Assembly (NCBI GenBank): GCA_963751455.1
Contig: CAVVUN010000002.1
Span: forward strand, 160,001-224,000
DNA length: 64,000 nucleotides
Direction of reading: 5' to 3'
From: Nitrospirota bacterium
Lineage (GTDB): Bacteria; Nitrospirota; UBA9217
The notes under the pieces were generated by a model, which was given only the letters and a program-made list of their open reading frames with translations, was not told where the DNA came from and made no database searches. Positions 9,808-19,037 of the stretch are shown here, one piece after another. A program made the position numbers and the translations under genes. The number at the start of each line of letters is the position of its first letter. Position 1 is the first letter of the stretch.

Positions 9808-10596
9808 ATGTTGAAGAGATTAAAGATGTCATGCGGAATTTGCGAAAGATATTTTTTGAGCGTCTTAGCTTTCCTTTGTATGTTTATAACGGCAAGCCTC
9901 TTCCAGGCCAGTGTCTCTTACGGTGCCGACAAGCTAGTGGTTAAGGATTCGGGGGGAACGAATCAAAAATTCGTGGTAACGGACAGTGGGACTGTCAGTG
10001 TAGGAACTTCCTCCACAATTTATCCTTTATTTATCACTTCCGATATTGCCGGCAATGTTCCAGGAGGGGTCGGGATGTTTATGCTTACTGGTAATGCAAA
10101 TAAGGAAAGAATTGAATTAAGGTCCCCCGGAGAAGCTGGTTTGAGAGGAGCGGCTGTTCAAGGAAAAGGGTATGGCGGCACCATAGAATCGCCGACGGCC
10201 ACACAACAAGATGCGATCCTGATGATTTTAGGAGGCAGCGGTCATGATGGCAATCAAATAATCGTTCCAAATAAGGCGGGTATCTTCATGATGTCCGGCG
10301 AAAATTGGAATACAACTTCTAATGGGACCTACATGCGTTTTGATACAACTTCCAATGGGTCTACTACAAAAACCGAAAAAATGCGTGTAACAGGTGACGG
10401 CAGTGTCGGTATCGGGACGACTGCGCCAACTGCTCTTTTCGATGTAAACAGCAATGGCATAAGGATCAGAAATTCGAGGACGCCTGCGAGCGCCGGCGAA
10501 TCATGCAATCAGGGAGACATGGCCTGGGATGCCGGATATGTCTATGTGTGTGTGGCTCAAAATTCGTGGAAACGGGCCAATTTGGCCGCTTGGTAA
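9808..10596 (+). CDS. Secreted fibre-like protein sharing a domain with the collagen-like protein at 37621
   Basis: AGGAGG RBS; signal-like N-terminus; GxVGIGT motifs; C-terminal CNQGDMAWDAGYVYVC..WKR. Confidence 0.75.
   Translation: MLKRLKMSCGICERYFLSVLAFLCMFITASLFQASVSYGADKLVVKDSGGTNQKFVVTDSGTVSVGTSSTIYPLFITSDIAGNVPGGVGMFMLTGNANKERIELRSPGEAGLRGAAVQGKGYGGTIESPTATQQDAILMILGGSGHDGNQIIVPNKAGIFMMSGENWNTTSNGTYMRFDTTSNGSTTKTEKMRVTGDGSVGIGTTAPTALFDVNSNGIRIRNSRTPASAGESCNQGDMAWDAGYVYVCVAQNSWKRANLAAW
10057..10412 (+). repeat. Dispersed ~355-bp repeat, copy 1 (copy 2 at 39622..39977)
   Basis: Manual alignment gives about 22 mismatches and no indels. Confidence 0.92.
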
Positions 10597-10720
10597 TCCA
10601 TAGAGAGATGAGCAACTGGTTGAGTCGTTGAGTAACAGTGGGAATCACGACGCGATGGAGCATCTGGTGAATGGTTAAGTTGTCAACTACTCAACAACAA
10701 AAGCCTGAACAGTCTGAATT

Positions 10721-11536
10721 ATGAGAAACATACAAATCTTTATTGCTTTTTTGAAAAAGCTTTATGAGAGCCGCTACATGATACGGATGATGGCGATCCG
10801 TGACTTGAAAGCGGTTTATGTGGGCAGTCTTTTCGGTTTTTTCTGGGCAGTCATAAATCCTCTTGTCCAGCTTGCCATATACGGCATCGTTTTCGGTGTG
10901 CTGTTCAATTCGAGGCCGGACCCGGTATACGGGACGGACAGCTACTTCCTGTTCCTGCTCTGCGGACTCGTACCGTGGCAGTTTTTCGCTCAGACCGTCA
11001 GCGCGTCGACCAGGGTGCTTGTCTCAAACAGCAACCTGATCAAAAAGGCAGTTGGGTTCAATTCGGAGATACTTCCAGTCATAACAGTCCTTAGCAATAT
11101 CATCAGCCATCTCATCGGTTTCGCTCTCCTGCTTGTGATCGTTGTTATTTTCTCGGGAAAGATTTCGCCCGTCACGCCCATCATACTTCTCTATTTGTTT
11201 TTTGTTATTGTATTTGCCGTCGGTATCGGCTGGATTCTTTCGAGTCTCAATGTCTATTTAAGGGACATGCAGCAGGTAGTGGGTCTCTTGACGCTGGCCT
11301 GGATGTTCTTCACGCCCATTTTCTATCCCGCAAGCTTAATCCCCGCGAAATTGGCGCCAGTCGTCAGATTAAACCCTCTGTATCACATGGTCGAGGGATA
11401 TCGGCATGCGATCCTGGCCGGTAGGGTACTGCCTGCAGCTGACATTGCATACATGGCTGTTGTTTCCCTTCTGACCTTCGCCTTCGGCGGGCTGCTTTTC
11501 AGGAGGCTCAAACCGGGGTTTGCGGAAGTGTTGTGA
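10721..11536 (+). CDS. wzm: ABC-2 polysaccharide export permease
   Basis: RDLKAVYVGSLFGFFWAVINPL, TPIFYP, LNPLYHMVEGYR; multiple TM segments. Confidence 0.93.
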   Translation: MRNIQIFIAFLKKLYESRYMIRMMAIRDLKAVYVGSLFGFFWAVINPLVQLAIYGIVFGVLFNSRPDPVYGTDSYFLFLLCGLVPWQFFAQTVSASTRVLVSNSNLIKKAVGFNSEILPVITVLSNIISHLIGFALLLVIVVIFSGKISPVTPIILLYLFFVIVFAVGIGWILSSLNVYLRDMQQVVGLLTLAWMFFTPIFYPASLIPAKLAPVVRLNPLYHMVEGYRHAILAGRVLPAADIAYMAVVSLLTFAFGGLLFRRLKPGFAEVL

Positions 11537-11539
11537 GTC

Positions 11540-11645
11540 TGCATAGCGCAAAGCGCATGGAGCAGAACGCAGGGGGAAGATGCAAAGCGCATAAAGCATG
11601 AGCGAAAAGAGCAAAAAGCAACGCTATGCACCATGCCCCATGCAG
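11540..11645. repeat. Intergenic heptamer-repeat palindrome (GCATAGC/GCAAAGC..GCTATGC/CCATGC)
   Basis: GCATAGCGCAAAGCGCATGGAGC...ACGCTATGCACCATGCCCCATGC; same family as 9657-9678 and the in-frame inserts at 47892 and 51506. Confidence 0.7.
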
Positions 11646-11656
11646 GTTAAGAAACC

Positions 11657-13057
11657 ATGAACGATATAGCAATAAGCGTCAAAAACATAAGCAAAAGCTA
11701 CCGCATGTATCCTTCGCCAAAGGAGAAACTGAAGGAGCTGCTACACCCTTTTGGGAAGAAGTACCACAAGGAGTTCTGGGCGCTCCGTGATGTCTCCTTG
11801 GATGTCAAGAAGGGCGAGTGCATCGGCATTATCGGAAGGAACGGCAGCGGCAAGTCCACGCTGCTGCAAATCATCTGCGGGGTACTTCAGTCAACCTCAG
11901 GTGAAGCAAAGGTTAGCGGCAGAATATCGGCTCTCCTGGAACTTGGGGCCGGGTTCAACCGGGAATTTTCGGGCCGGGAAAATGTCCATATGAACGGCGC
12001 GCTGATGGGCCTCCCCAAAGAGGAGATGGATGAAAAGTTCCAGGCAATCGCGGATTTTGCCGACATCGGCCAGTTCATCGAACAGCCGGTAAAGACATAT
12101 TCGAGCGGTATGTATGTGAGACTTGCATTTGCCTGCGCGGTAAATGTTGATCCGGATATTTTGATTGTCGACGAGGCGCTGTCGGTCGGGGACGAGGCTT
12201 TCCAGCGGAAGTGCTATGCTCGCATCACGAATTTTAAGGAACGGGGCAAGACCATACTTTTCGTTTCTCATTCAGCCGCTGCCATCGTTCAGCTGTGCGA
12301 TAGAGCGGTTCTCTTTGAGCGGGGTCAACTTCTCCTCGAAGGGACGCCGAAACTTGTGGTGTCTAAATATCAACAGCTCATCTATGCGCCTGCTGAAAAG
12401 GCTAAGGAGTTGCGCCAAGAAATAATTGCACTTAATAATTCAAGTGCAAAGAGTGTAGATAATGTCCGAGACAACGCCAAAGAACAAGACAAGGCCGCTC
12501 CAAATAGAAACGATAAATCATCTCTACATGCATACTATGATCCTCATCTTAAGTCTCAGAGTACTATTGAATATGAATCACGCGGAGTCCGGATAAAAGA
12601 CCCCCATATCACGACACTTGATGGGAAAAAAGTGAATGCACTCGTGCGCGGAGTAGAGTACATATATACATATTCTCTCCATTTTGAAAAGGCCGCATAC
12701 AATGTCAGGGCTGGGATGATGATAAAGACCATTAGAGGTTTGGAACTCGGTGGTATAGGCAATCCGACCGATAACGGTATTGAGCATATCAAGGAAGGGG
12801 CTGTTCTGCAGGTGAAGATTAGGTTTAGGTGCAGCCTATTGCCGGGAGTATATTTCATGAATGCAGGTATATTTGGCACCGTCAACGGTAACGAGATCTT
12901 TTTACACCGGATAGTGGATGTAATTATGTTCAGAGTCCAGCCGGAAAAGAGCATCTTTGTGTCCGGAACAATAGATTTTTCTTCGACTGAAGTGGCCCCG
13001 CCGATTGAAATGAGAATGCACGATAATGTAGACCAGAAATTATTGAAAAAGACATGA
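11657..13057 (+). CDS. wzt: ABC polysaccharide export ATPase with C-terminal carbohydrate-binding (Wzt_C-like) domain
   Basis: GRNGSGKST, YSSGMYVRLAF, ILIVDEALSVGD; extra C-terminal beta domain with LLPGVYF. Confidence 0.95.
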   Translation: MNDIAISVKNISKSYRMYPSPKEKLKELLHPFGKKYHKEFWALRDVSLDVKKGECIGIIGRNGSGKSTLLQIICGVLQSTSGEAKVSGRISALLELGAGFNREFSGRENVHMNGALMGLPKEEMDEKFQAIADFADIGQFIEQPVKTYSSGMYVRLAFACAVNVDPDILIVDEALSVGDEAFQRKCYARITNFKERGKTILFVSHSAAAIVQLCDRAVLFERGQLLLEGTPKLVVSKYQQLIYAPAEKAKELRQEIIALNNSSAKSVDNVRDNAKEQDKAAPNRNDKSSLHAYYDPHLKSQSTIEYESRGVRIKDPHITTLDGKKVNALVRGVEYIYTYSLHFEKAAYNVRAGMMIKTIRGLELGGIGNPTDNGIEHIKEGAVLQVKIRFRCSLLPGVYFMNAGIFGTVNGNEIFLHRIVDVIMFRVQPEKSIFVSGTIDFSSTEVAPPIEMRMHDNVDQKLLKKT

Positions 13058-13128
13058 TATAGCGGTCGGAGCATGCCCTGGCACGTGTCGCATTGTCGGG
13101 ATAACGGCCAGAAGCCGGGGTAAAGGAG

Positions 13129-13794
13129 ATGATTGAGTTGCAGACGAAGGAAATATACGAACTTGATTTTCAGAAAGGGTGGAAGGAGTTTGATTGGGAT
13201 TTTTTAATGATCAAGCTCCGGGATTACTGGAAGACCTATCGATATCTGGATGAAACTCTTTCATGCGTACGACCGCTCGATGGCAAAAGAGTACTGGATG
13301 TAGGATGCGGAGTGATTTCTGTCATTAATGTAATTAAAGAGTCGAGTGCTGAGTTTTACGGCATAGACACCCTCATGGATGAATACAAGAAGCTCTATGT
13401 GCTGGACGGAACAGTTCACTGGTCTAGCGGCCGTGGGGAAGAGATCCCGTTTGAAGATGGGTGGTTCGACATCGTTTTTTGCACTAATATTATTGACCAC
13501 GCTGATGAGCCCGGGAGGGTGGCTGGAGAATTATTTCGCATTCTAAGGCCTGGAGGCAACCTTGTGTTGACGGTTGATATATTTCAACATGAAGAAGGTC
13601 GCGACCCAGCGCACCCCCATGCCTTCACTTCGGGATATGTTGATAATCTACTTGCCCAGAATGGTTTTGAGGTTATCTTTGATCGTTATTCTCCAATAAG
13701 GGCGCAAGTCTTTCGGTTTGTAAAAGAGAGCCTTGTATATGACGATGTTAAGGAAAGGGTTATAGTAGGCCGTAAGAAGGCGGGTAAGAGTTGA
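13129..13794 (+). CDS. Class I SAM-dependent methyltransferase
   Basis: VLDVGCG, IPFEDGWFDIVF, ILRPGG. Confidence 0.9.
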   Translation: MIELQTKEIYELDFQKGWKEFDWDFLMIKLRDYWKTYRYLDETLSCVRPLDGKRVLDVGCGVISVINVIKESSAEFYGIDTLMDEYKKLYVLDGTVHWSSGRGEEIPFEDGWFDIVFCTNIIDHADEPGRVAGELFRILRPGGNLVLTVDIFQHEEGRDPAHPHAFTSGYVDNLLAQNGFEVIFDRYSPIRAQVFRFVKESLVYDDVKERVIVGRKKAGKS

Positions 13795-14693
13795 TGACAA
13801 AAGCCATATGCATTTTGGGCATGCATAGAAGCGGCACCTCAGTCATTACACGCGCTATTAACCTTTTGGGCGCCTATATAGGTAATGAATCCGATCTCAT
13901 TCCTCCGGAAGATTATAATCCTGTCGGTTTTTGGGAAAGAGGCGATGTTGTAGATTTTCACGAGCGTCTTATGCGTAAGCTCGGGATCGCATGGGATGTG
14001 ATTGTGCCTCTTCCGCAGCGGTGGCACTTATCGGAAGATATAAAGCCATTCAAGGCGGAACTTAAAGAACTGCTGCATAGAAACTTTTCAGGCCATAACC
14101 TTTGGGCATGGAAAGACCCGAGGACATCCGTTCTCTTGGATATCTGGAAAGACGTGCTCGTTGAGCTTGATGTCGAGCTCCGGTGCCTTTACGTTATAAG
14201 AAACCCAATAGATGTAGTTAGGTCATTTGAAAGAAGAAAATGTTTGACAACGGACAGGATTGTGGGGGTTTGGTTCAATTATAACCTTGCCGCGTTGAAC
14301 TCATCTTCTGACCTTTCGCGCACCTTTATCTCATATGACAAATTTATGCATAATTGGGAAGAAGAACTGAGGAGGTGTGCTTACGGGCTTGGCGTTGCAT
14401 GGCCTCAAGACGGTTCAGGGATAGCGAAGAAAATGAAAGAGTTTATCCGCCCGGATCTGCGACATAGCGTTTCTTCACTCGAACTTCTAAAGGCTTTTGG
14501 CATTCCCCAACCTGTTACTGAGCTTTATGCCCTACTGGAAGGCGTGGCCGTCGGAGCTGCAACCCCGGGCAGGTCTTTAGAAATCACGGTTAAGAGACTT
14601 ACAGAAGAGTTTTTAATGTACGCTCGATTTTTCAGGCATGACTATGAAAGAGTGATTTTTCTTTCCGAGAGATTAGAGAAACTTGGGACATGA
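13791..14693 (+). CDS. Sulfotransferase-family (P-loop) protein
   Basis: ILGMHRSGTS, NPVGFWE, WAWKDPRT, RNPIDV. Confidence 0.85.
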   Translation: MMTKAICILGMHRSGTSVITRAINLLGAYIGNESDLIPPEDYNPVGFWERGDVVDFHERLMRKLGIAWDVIVPLPQRWHLSEDIKPFKAELKELLHRNFSGHNLWAWKDPRTSVLLDIWKDVLVELDVELRCLYVIRNPIDVVRSFERRKCLTTDRIVGVWFNYNLAALNSSSDLSRTFISYDKFMHNWEEELRRCAYGLGVAWPQDGSGIAKKMKEFIRPDLRHSVSSLELLKAFGIPQPVTELYALLEGVAVGAATPGRSLEITVKRLTEEFLMYARFFRHDYERVIFLSERLEKLGT

Positions 14694-14829
14694 CATTTAC
14701 TTAAGGATCAAGAAAATGATGCTCGATTTATCTTGTGGAACTAAAGCAAAAAAGAGGTTGGTCTGTCCTGTCATCTAAATAAACTCGCGGGTGTCTTTGA
14801 GAAAACCTGAACCAAGGACTACTATGAGG

Positions 14830-16680
14830 ATGAAAGCTTCCGTCATTATATGCACATATAACCGTATTGGCCTCCTTAAAGAAGCAATCGAATCTATAAG
14901 GACTCAGGATTTTCCCATTAGCCAGTTTGAAATCGTTGTAGTCGACAACAATTCAAAGGATAGCACGGCACGGCTGATAAAAGAAATAGCCAATACATCG
15001 TCGGTAAAGATCAAGTATGTGTTTGAAGGCAGGCAGGGGCTGTCGCACGCGAGGAATGCCGGAATCAGTAAAGCCGAAGGTGAGATTATTGCTTTTACTG
15101 ATGACGACATCGAAGCTGATAAGGCATGGCTGCGCGAGCTCGTATCGGCTTTCGACAGCCCTGACGTATATTGTGCGGGCGGACCTTTAAGACCTGTTTG
15201 GTTAACGGAACGACCGGAATGGCTTACCGAGCGCTGGCAGGGATATTTTGCGGTCAATGAGTTCACAAGCGCCCATGAGAGCGGGGAGTTCAAATGGCCA
15301 AATTATCCCTGGGGCGCAAATACGGCGTATCGCAGGCAAGTTTTCACTGAGTTGGGCCAGTTCTCCACCGACCTCGGTCGGAAGGGCAAGTGTCTTCTTT
15401 CGAACGAAGAGATAAACCTTTGCAGAAAGATCGAGCAAAGCGGCAAAAGAATCCGTTTCGTGCCTGGAGCAGTGATACATCATAAGATCTCTCCGGAAAG
15501 GATGAAAAAACAGTGGCTGTACCACCGGACTTACTGGCAAGGAAGGTCCGACGCATTGCTTTATCAGAACACTTTTATGGACATTTACGCCAATCTTCGG
15601 ACTCATGCATCATTGTCACTGCGGCGTGAGGTGGAGAGACGGGAAAGTGAGTTCGATATCAAGTGCGGCCTACGTGCTGCAAAAGGTTATCTTCACCAAC
15701 TGCTGTTATCAGACATTAAAGGGACAAGCAATTTCAAAAGGGTGAGGGTGCTTGAGACGTTTATCCAGGAATTGATAAGGACAACGGGCCGTCTGGTGGC
15801 GGACAGGGACAATACTTTAACAGGGTTGAGAAGCGCAGTCGAAGCCAGAGATAAAGATGTACGGGACAAAAACCTTCTCCTTGTGGAAAGGGACGAAAAG
15901 CTTAAAGTGCTCGGACCTCTTGACGAAAAACTCAGGCGACTGGAAGAGTCAATCAAGGTCTTCGGGCAGTTTAGGCAGTATGAAGACCATTTGCGGCAAA
16001 AAGACCAAGACATAAAAAACAAGGACGAAGCACTCAAGCGGAAAGACGAGGCATCGAGCGTCGAGAAGCAGAGACTGGACGAAGTCGTAAGGCAAAAAGA
16101 AGATAAGATTACACAATTGGAGGGCATGATAAGAGAGAAAGACGAGGCATTGAGCGTCGAGAGGCAGAGACTTGACGAAGTCGTAAGGCAAAAAGAAGAT
16201 AAGATTACACAATTGGAGGGCATGATAAGAGAGAAAGACGAGGCATTGAGCGTCGAGAGGCAGAGACTTGACGAAGTCGTAAGGCAAAAAGAAGAGCAGA
16301 TCACACAATTGGAGGGAATGATAAGAGAAAAAGACAGCCAGTTCAGACAGAAATGCGAAGAGCTCATAGAAGTTGACAATAATATCAAGGCCAAGTGCAT
16401 AGAAGTCGTCACAAAAGACCAGGAACTGATGAAGGCTTGCGATGAGAGAAGTGCAGAGAAACAGAGACTTGAGGCAGAGTTGAGAAAAAGGGATGAGATG
16501 CTGAAGCATTATGAGAAGGCGATCTCTGATTTCCAAAGGGTGTTTAAAGAAAGGGAAAAACTTGAAACACAAATTGCACAACGCAATAACACTATTGAAG
16601 AAATCCGTAATTCAATGAGCTGGAAGATAACCGCTCCCTTACGGATTGTCTATGGCATATTAAGGCGGCATGGGAAATGA
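14830..16680 (+). CDS. GT2 glycosyltransferase fused to a long coiled coil with a C-terminal SWKITAPLR motif
   Basis: SVIICTYNR, VDNNSKD, FTDDD; about 280 aa of E/K/R/Q-rich coil. Confidence 0.9.
   Translation: MKASVIICTYNRIGLLKEAIESIRTQDFPISQFEIVVVDNNSKDSTARLIKEIANTSSVKIKYVFEGRQGLSHARNAGISKAEGEIIAFTDDDIEADKAWLRELVSAFDSPDVYCAGGPLRPVWLTERPEWLTERWQGYFAVNEFTSAHESGEFKWPNYPWGANTAYRRQVFTELGQFSTDLGRKGKCLLSNEEINLCRKIEQSGKRIRFVPGAVIHHKISPERMKKQWLYHRTYWQGRSDALLYQNTFMDIYANLRTHASLSLRREVERRESEFDIKCGLRAAKGYLHQLLLSDIKGTSNFKRVRVLETFIQELIRTTGRLVADRDNTLTGLRSAVEARDKDVRDKNLLLVERDEKLKVLGPLDEKLRRLEESIKVFGQFRQYEDHLRQKDQDIKNKDEALKRKDEASSVEKQRLDEVVRQKEDKITQLEGMIREKDEALSVERQRLDEVVRQKEDKITQLEGMIREKDEALSVERQRLDEVVRQKEEQITQLEGMIREKDSQFRQKCEELIEVDNNIKAKCIEVVTKDQELMKACDERSAEKQRLEAELRKRDEMLKHYEKAISDFQRVFKEREKLETQIAQRNNTIEEIRNSMSWKITAPLRIVYGILRRHGK
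16042..16335 (+). repeat. Three tandem 96-bp (32-aa) repeats within the coiled coil
   Basis: KDEALSVERQRLDEVVRQKEDKITQLEGMIRE units start at 16042, 16138 and 16234. Confidence 0.95.
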
Positions 16681-16856
16681 AGAGGATTTATTAATATTGA
16701 GATTCATAAAAAGAGAAACATAAAAACGGCAGATTATTTATCATAGAGACGCGGAGACATAGTCGGAAAATTTTGTAACCATCCAGGTGAATGCCTAACT
16801 ACTTTTTCTGTGATAAATGCTAAATTGGATAGAGCTGCTACGACAGGAAGTGAAAA

Positions 16857-18947
16857 GTGAACATACTTTTTTTTAAAAAGTCCATTCCCAGGCCGGATCA
16901 ATTTTCCGGTGACAGAAGATGTTTTGAGATTTTAAGTATGCTGGCAAAGAGGCATAATGTAGATTTCTTCGCTACAGAAGACATTGAAAAGGTCCCTATT
17001 TCTGCAAGGGATCGATATGAAGGAATGCTTAAAGAAATTAATGTGAATGTTATTTATTTAAAGTATTTAAGTATTGGAGAATTATTGTCGAAGAAACAGT
17101 ATGATATCGGTTATTTTGTTTTTTTTACGATTGCCGAGGAACATATGGATACATTCAGAAAGCAGCAGCCCGGATCATTTGTATTTGTTGATTCGGTCGA
17201 TGTTCATTTCTCGAGGGAAAAATTGGCAGTGCAGCTCGGTTTGCTCGATGAAACGGCAGCCATTAAGAATAAAGCGAGAGAATTAAATATTTATAGAAAG
17301 GCCGATGCGGTTATTGTGGTCAGCGACCATGACAAAGAATTGCTTCAAAATGAGAAGAATTTGCCATCCGTTTATATTGTGCCGAACATCGTTCAGGCCA
17401 GGCAAAGGGAAGCAATCGAGAGGGGCAAGGAAATTATTTTCATAGGAGGATACGCATGGCCGCCTAACGTTGATGGAGCGCTATGGTTCGCGAGAGATAT
17501 TTGGCCTCATATTCATAGGGCAGTGCCGGATGCTTTTTTTTCAGTTATCGGGAGCAATCCCACAACAGAAATAAATAATCTTAAAGATGTGCCCGGCATA
17601 AATGTTGTGGGGTATGTACCCGAAACCGCTCCGTTCTTAAACAGAGCCGCAATTTCAATTGCTCCGCTTCGCTATGGGGGGGGGCTGAAAGGCAAAGTGA
17701 ACGAAGCGATGGCGTACGGCGTGCCGGTCGTGACCACTTCGGTGGGCGCACAAGGCTTTAATGCCAAAAACGGCGAACATTTGATAATTGAGGATAAGCC
17801 GATTGCATTTGCGGACGCGTGTATAGATTTGTTAAATAATCCTCAAAAACAAAGAAGTATTGGATTGGCAGGTCAGGAACTGAACAGCAGGATATGCAGT
17901 CCTGAAATAGCAAATATGAAGCTTTCCAGCATGATTGGGGATGTCGAAAAATTGAGGATAAAAGCAATGATGAAAGAAAACCAGCACATCTTTAGAATCC
18001 AAGACGAAATGCTTGGAAAACTGAAACGGCTTGAAACGGAACTTTCTGAAAAAGACAAAACAATATCCGATTTAACAAACAGCAGGAGTTGGAAATTGAC
18101 AGCGCCCCTCAGGGCTGTACATGAACTGTATCAACATAAAAATGACGGGCTTATAAAGCAAATAAAGAATTTTGTAAGGATTCAAACTAATAAGAATGAA
18201 AAAAATCTTAATAAAATAGCTGCTTTGAAAAATAAGCATATAGGAGAAATTGGTTTTATTATAGGCAATGGACCGAGCGTTAGAATAGAGGATTTGGAAA
18301 AGCTTAAGAATACGATAACATTTTGCGCAAATCGCTTTTATCTTGCATATAACAAGATGAAGTTCAGGCCTAAATACACACTAATATGTGATAACCAGGT
18401 CATCAGGGATGACGGAAATGACATAGTTTCGAGGAGTGAAGGGATTAAAATAGTTTTTTATGATGCGAAAGACCCGAATCTTCCGAGAATAAAGGGAAAA
18501 CACATATCAATTATACGCAGAGAACCCCGGCCCATGCCGTTTTCGAAAGACCCTGGAGATTTTGTTCCGAGCGGAGGCTCAGTTGTCATTGCGGCCATGC
18601 AGATGGCTTATTTCATGGGAATAAGAACAATGTATCTTTATGGGATCGACCATACCTTCAAGTACGAGAAGGTCGAATCGCAAGACGTCTGGACTTCAGC
18701 GAAAGGCGATGACAACCATTTCATAAAAAATTACAGGGGTGGAAAGAACTGGTGTCCGCCGGACCTGAAATACATAGAGGACTCCTTTTCCGAGTGCAGG
18801 AAATTTGCCGATAAAAACGGCGTGGTCATAAAGAATGCGACCCGTGGAGGGAAGCTGGAAATATTTGAACGAATCGATTTCGACGAGATCGAAAAATTAA
18901 GCTCTCGAAATGCAGGAACGTTGCCCATAAAAGCGGCATGGTCATAA
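16857..18947 (+). CDS. GT4 glycosyltransferase + SWKLTAPLR linker + DUF115/Maf-like (sialyltransferase-like) domain
   Basis: APLRYGGGLKGKVNEAMAYGVPVVTT; C-terminal IIGNGPS..NRFY..YFMG..YLYGID..KNATRGGKLEIFER. Confidence 0.85.
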   Translation: MNILFFKKSIPRPDQFSGDRRCFEILSMLAKRHNVDFFATEDIEKVPISARDRYEGMLKEINVNVIYLKYLSIGELLSKKQYDIGYFVFFTIAEEHMDTFRKQQPGSFVFVDSVDVHFSREKLAVQLGLLDETAAIKNKARELNIYRKADAVIVVSDHDKELLQNEKNLPSVYIVPNIVQARQREAIERGKEIIFIGGYAWPPNVDGALWFARDIWPHIHRAVPDAFFSVIGSNPTTEINNLKDVPGINVVGYVPETAPFLNRAAISIAPLRYGGGLKGKVNEAMAYGVPVVTTSVGAQGFNAKNGEHLIIEDKPIAFADACIDLLNNPQKQRSIGLAGQELNSRICSPEIANMKLSSMIGDVEKLRIKAMMKENQHIFRIQDEMLGKLKRLETELSEKDKTISDLTNSRSWKLTAPLRAVHELYQHKNDGLIKQIKNFVRIQTNKNEKNLNKIAALKNKHIGEIGFIIGNGPSVRIEDLEKLKNTITFCANRFYLAYNKMKFRPKYTLICDNQVIRDDGNDIVSRSEGIKIVFYDAKDPNLPRIKGKHISIIRREPRPMPFSKDPGDFVPSGGSVVIAAMQMAYFMGIRTMYLYGIDHTFKYEKVESQDVWTSAKGDDNHFIKNYRGGKNWCPPDLKYIEDSFSECRKFADKNGVVIKNATRGGKLEIFERIDFDEIEKLSSRNAGTLPIKAAWS

Positions 18948-19037
18948 AGAATGCGAGCCGCAAAGGGAAACCGAAATATTCGAAAGGATTGATTTCGACG
19001 AGATTAGAAAATAAATCTCTCAATAAGAATAAATACT

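Noticed and set aside
15693-16581. Long antisense ORFs with repeats (239 aa and 210 aa)
   Set aside because: Shadows of the purine-rich coiled-coil coding strand.
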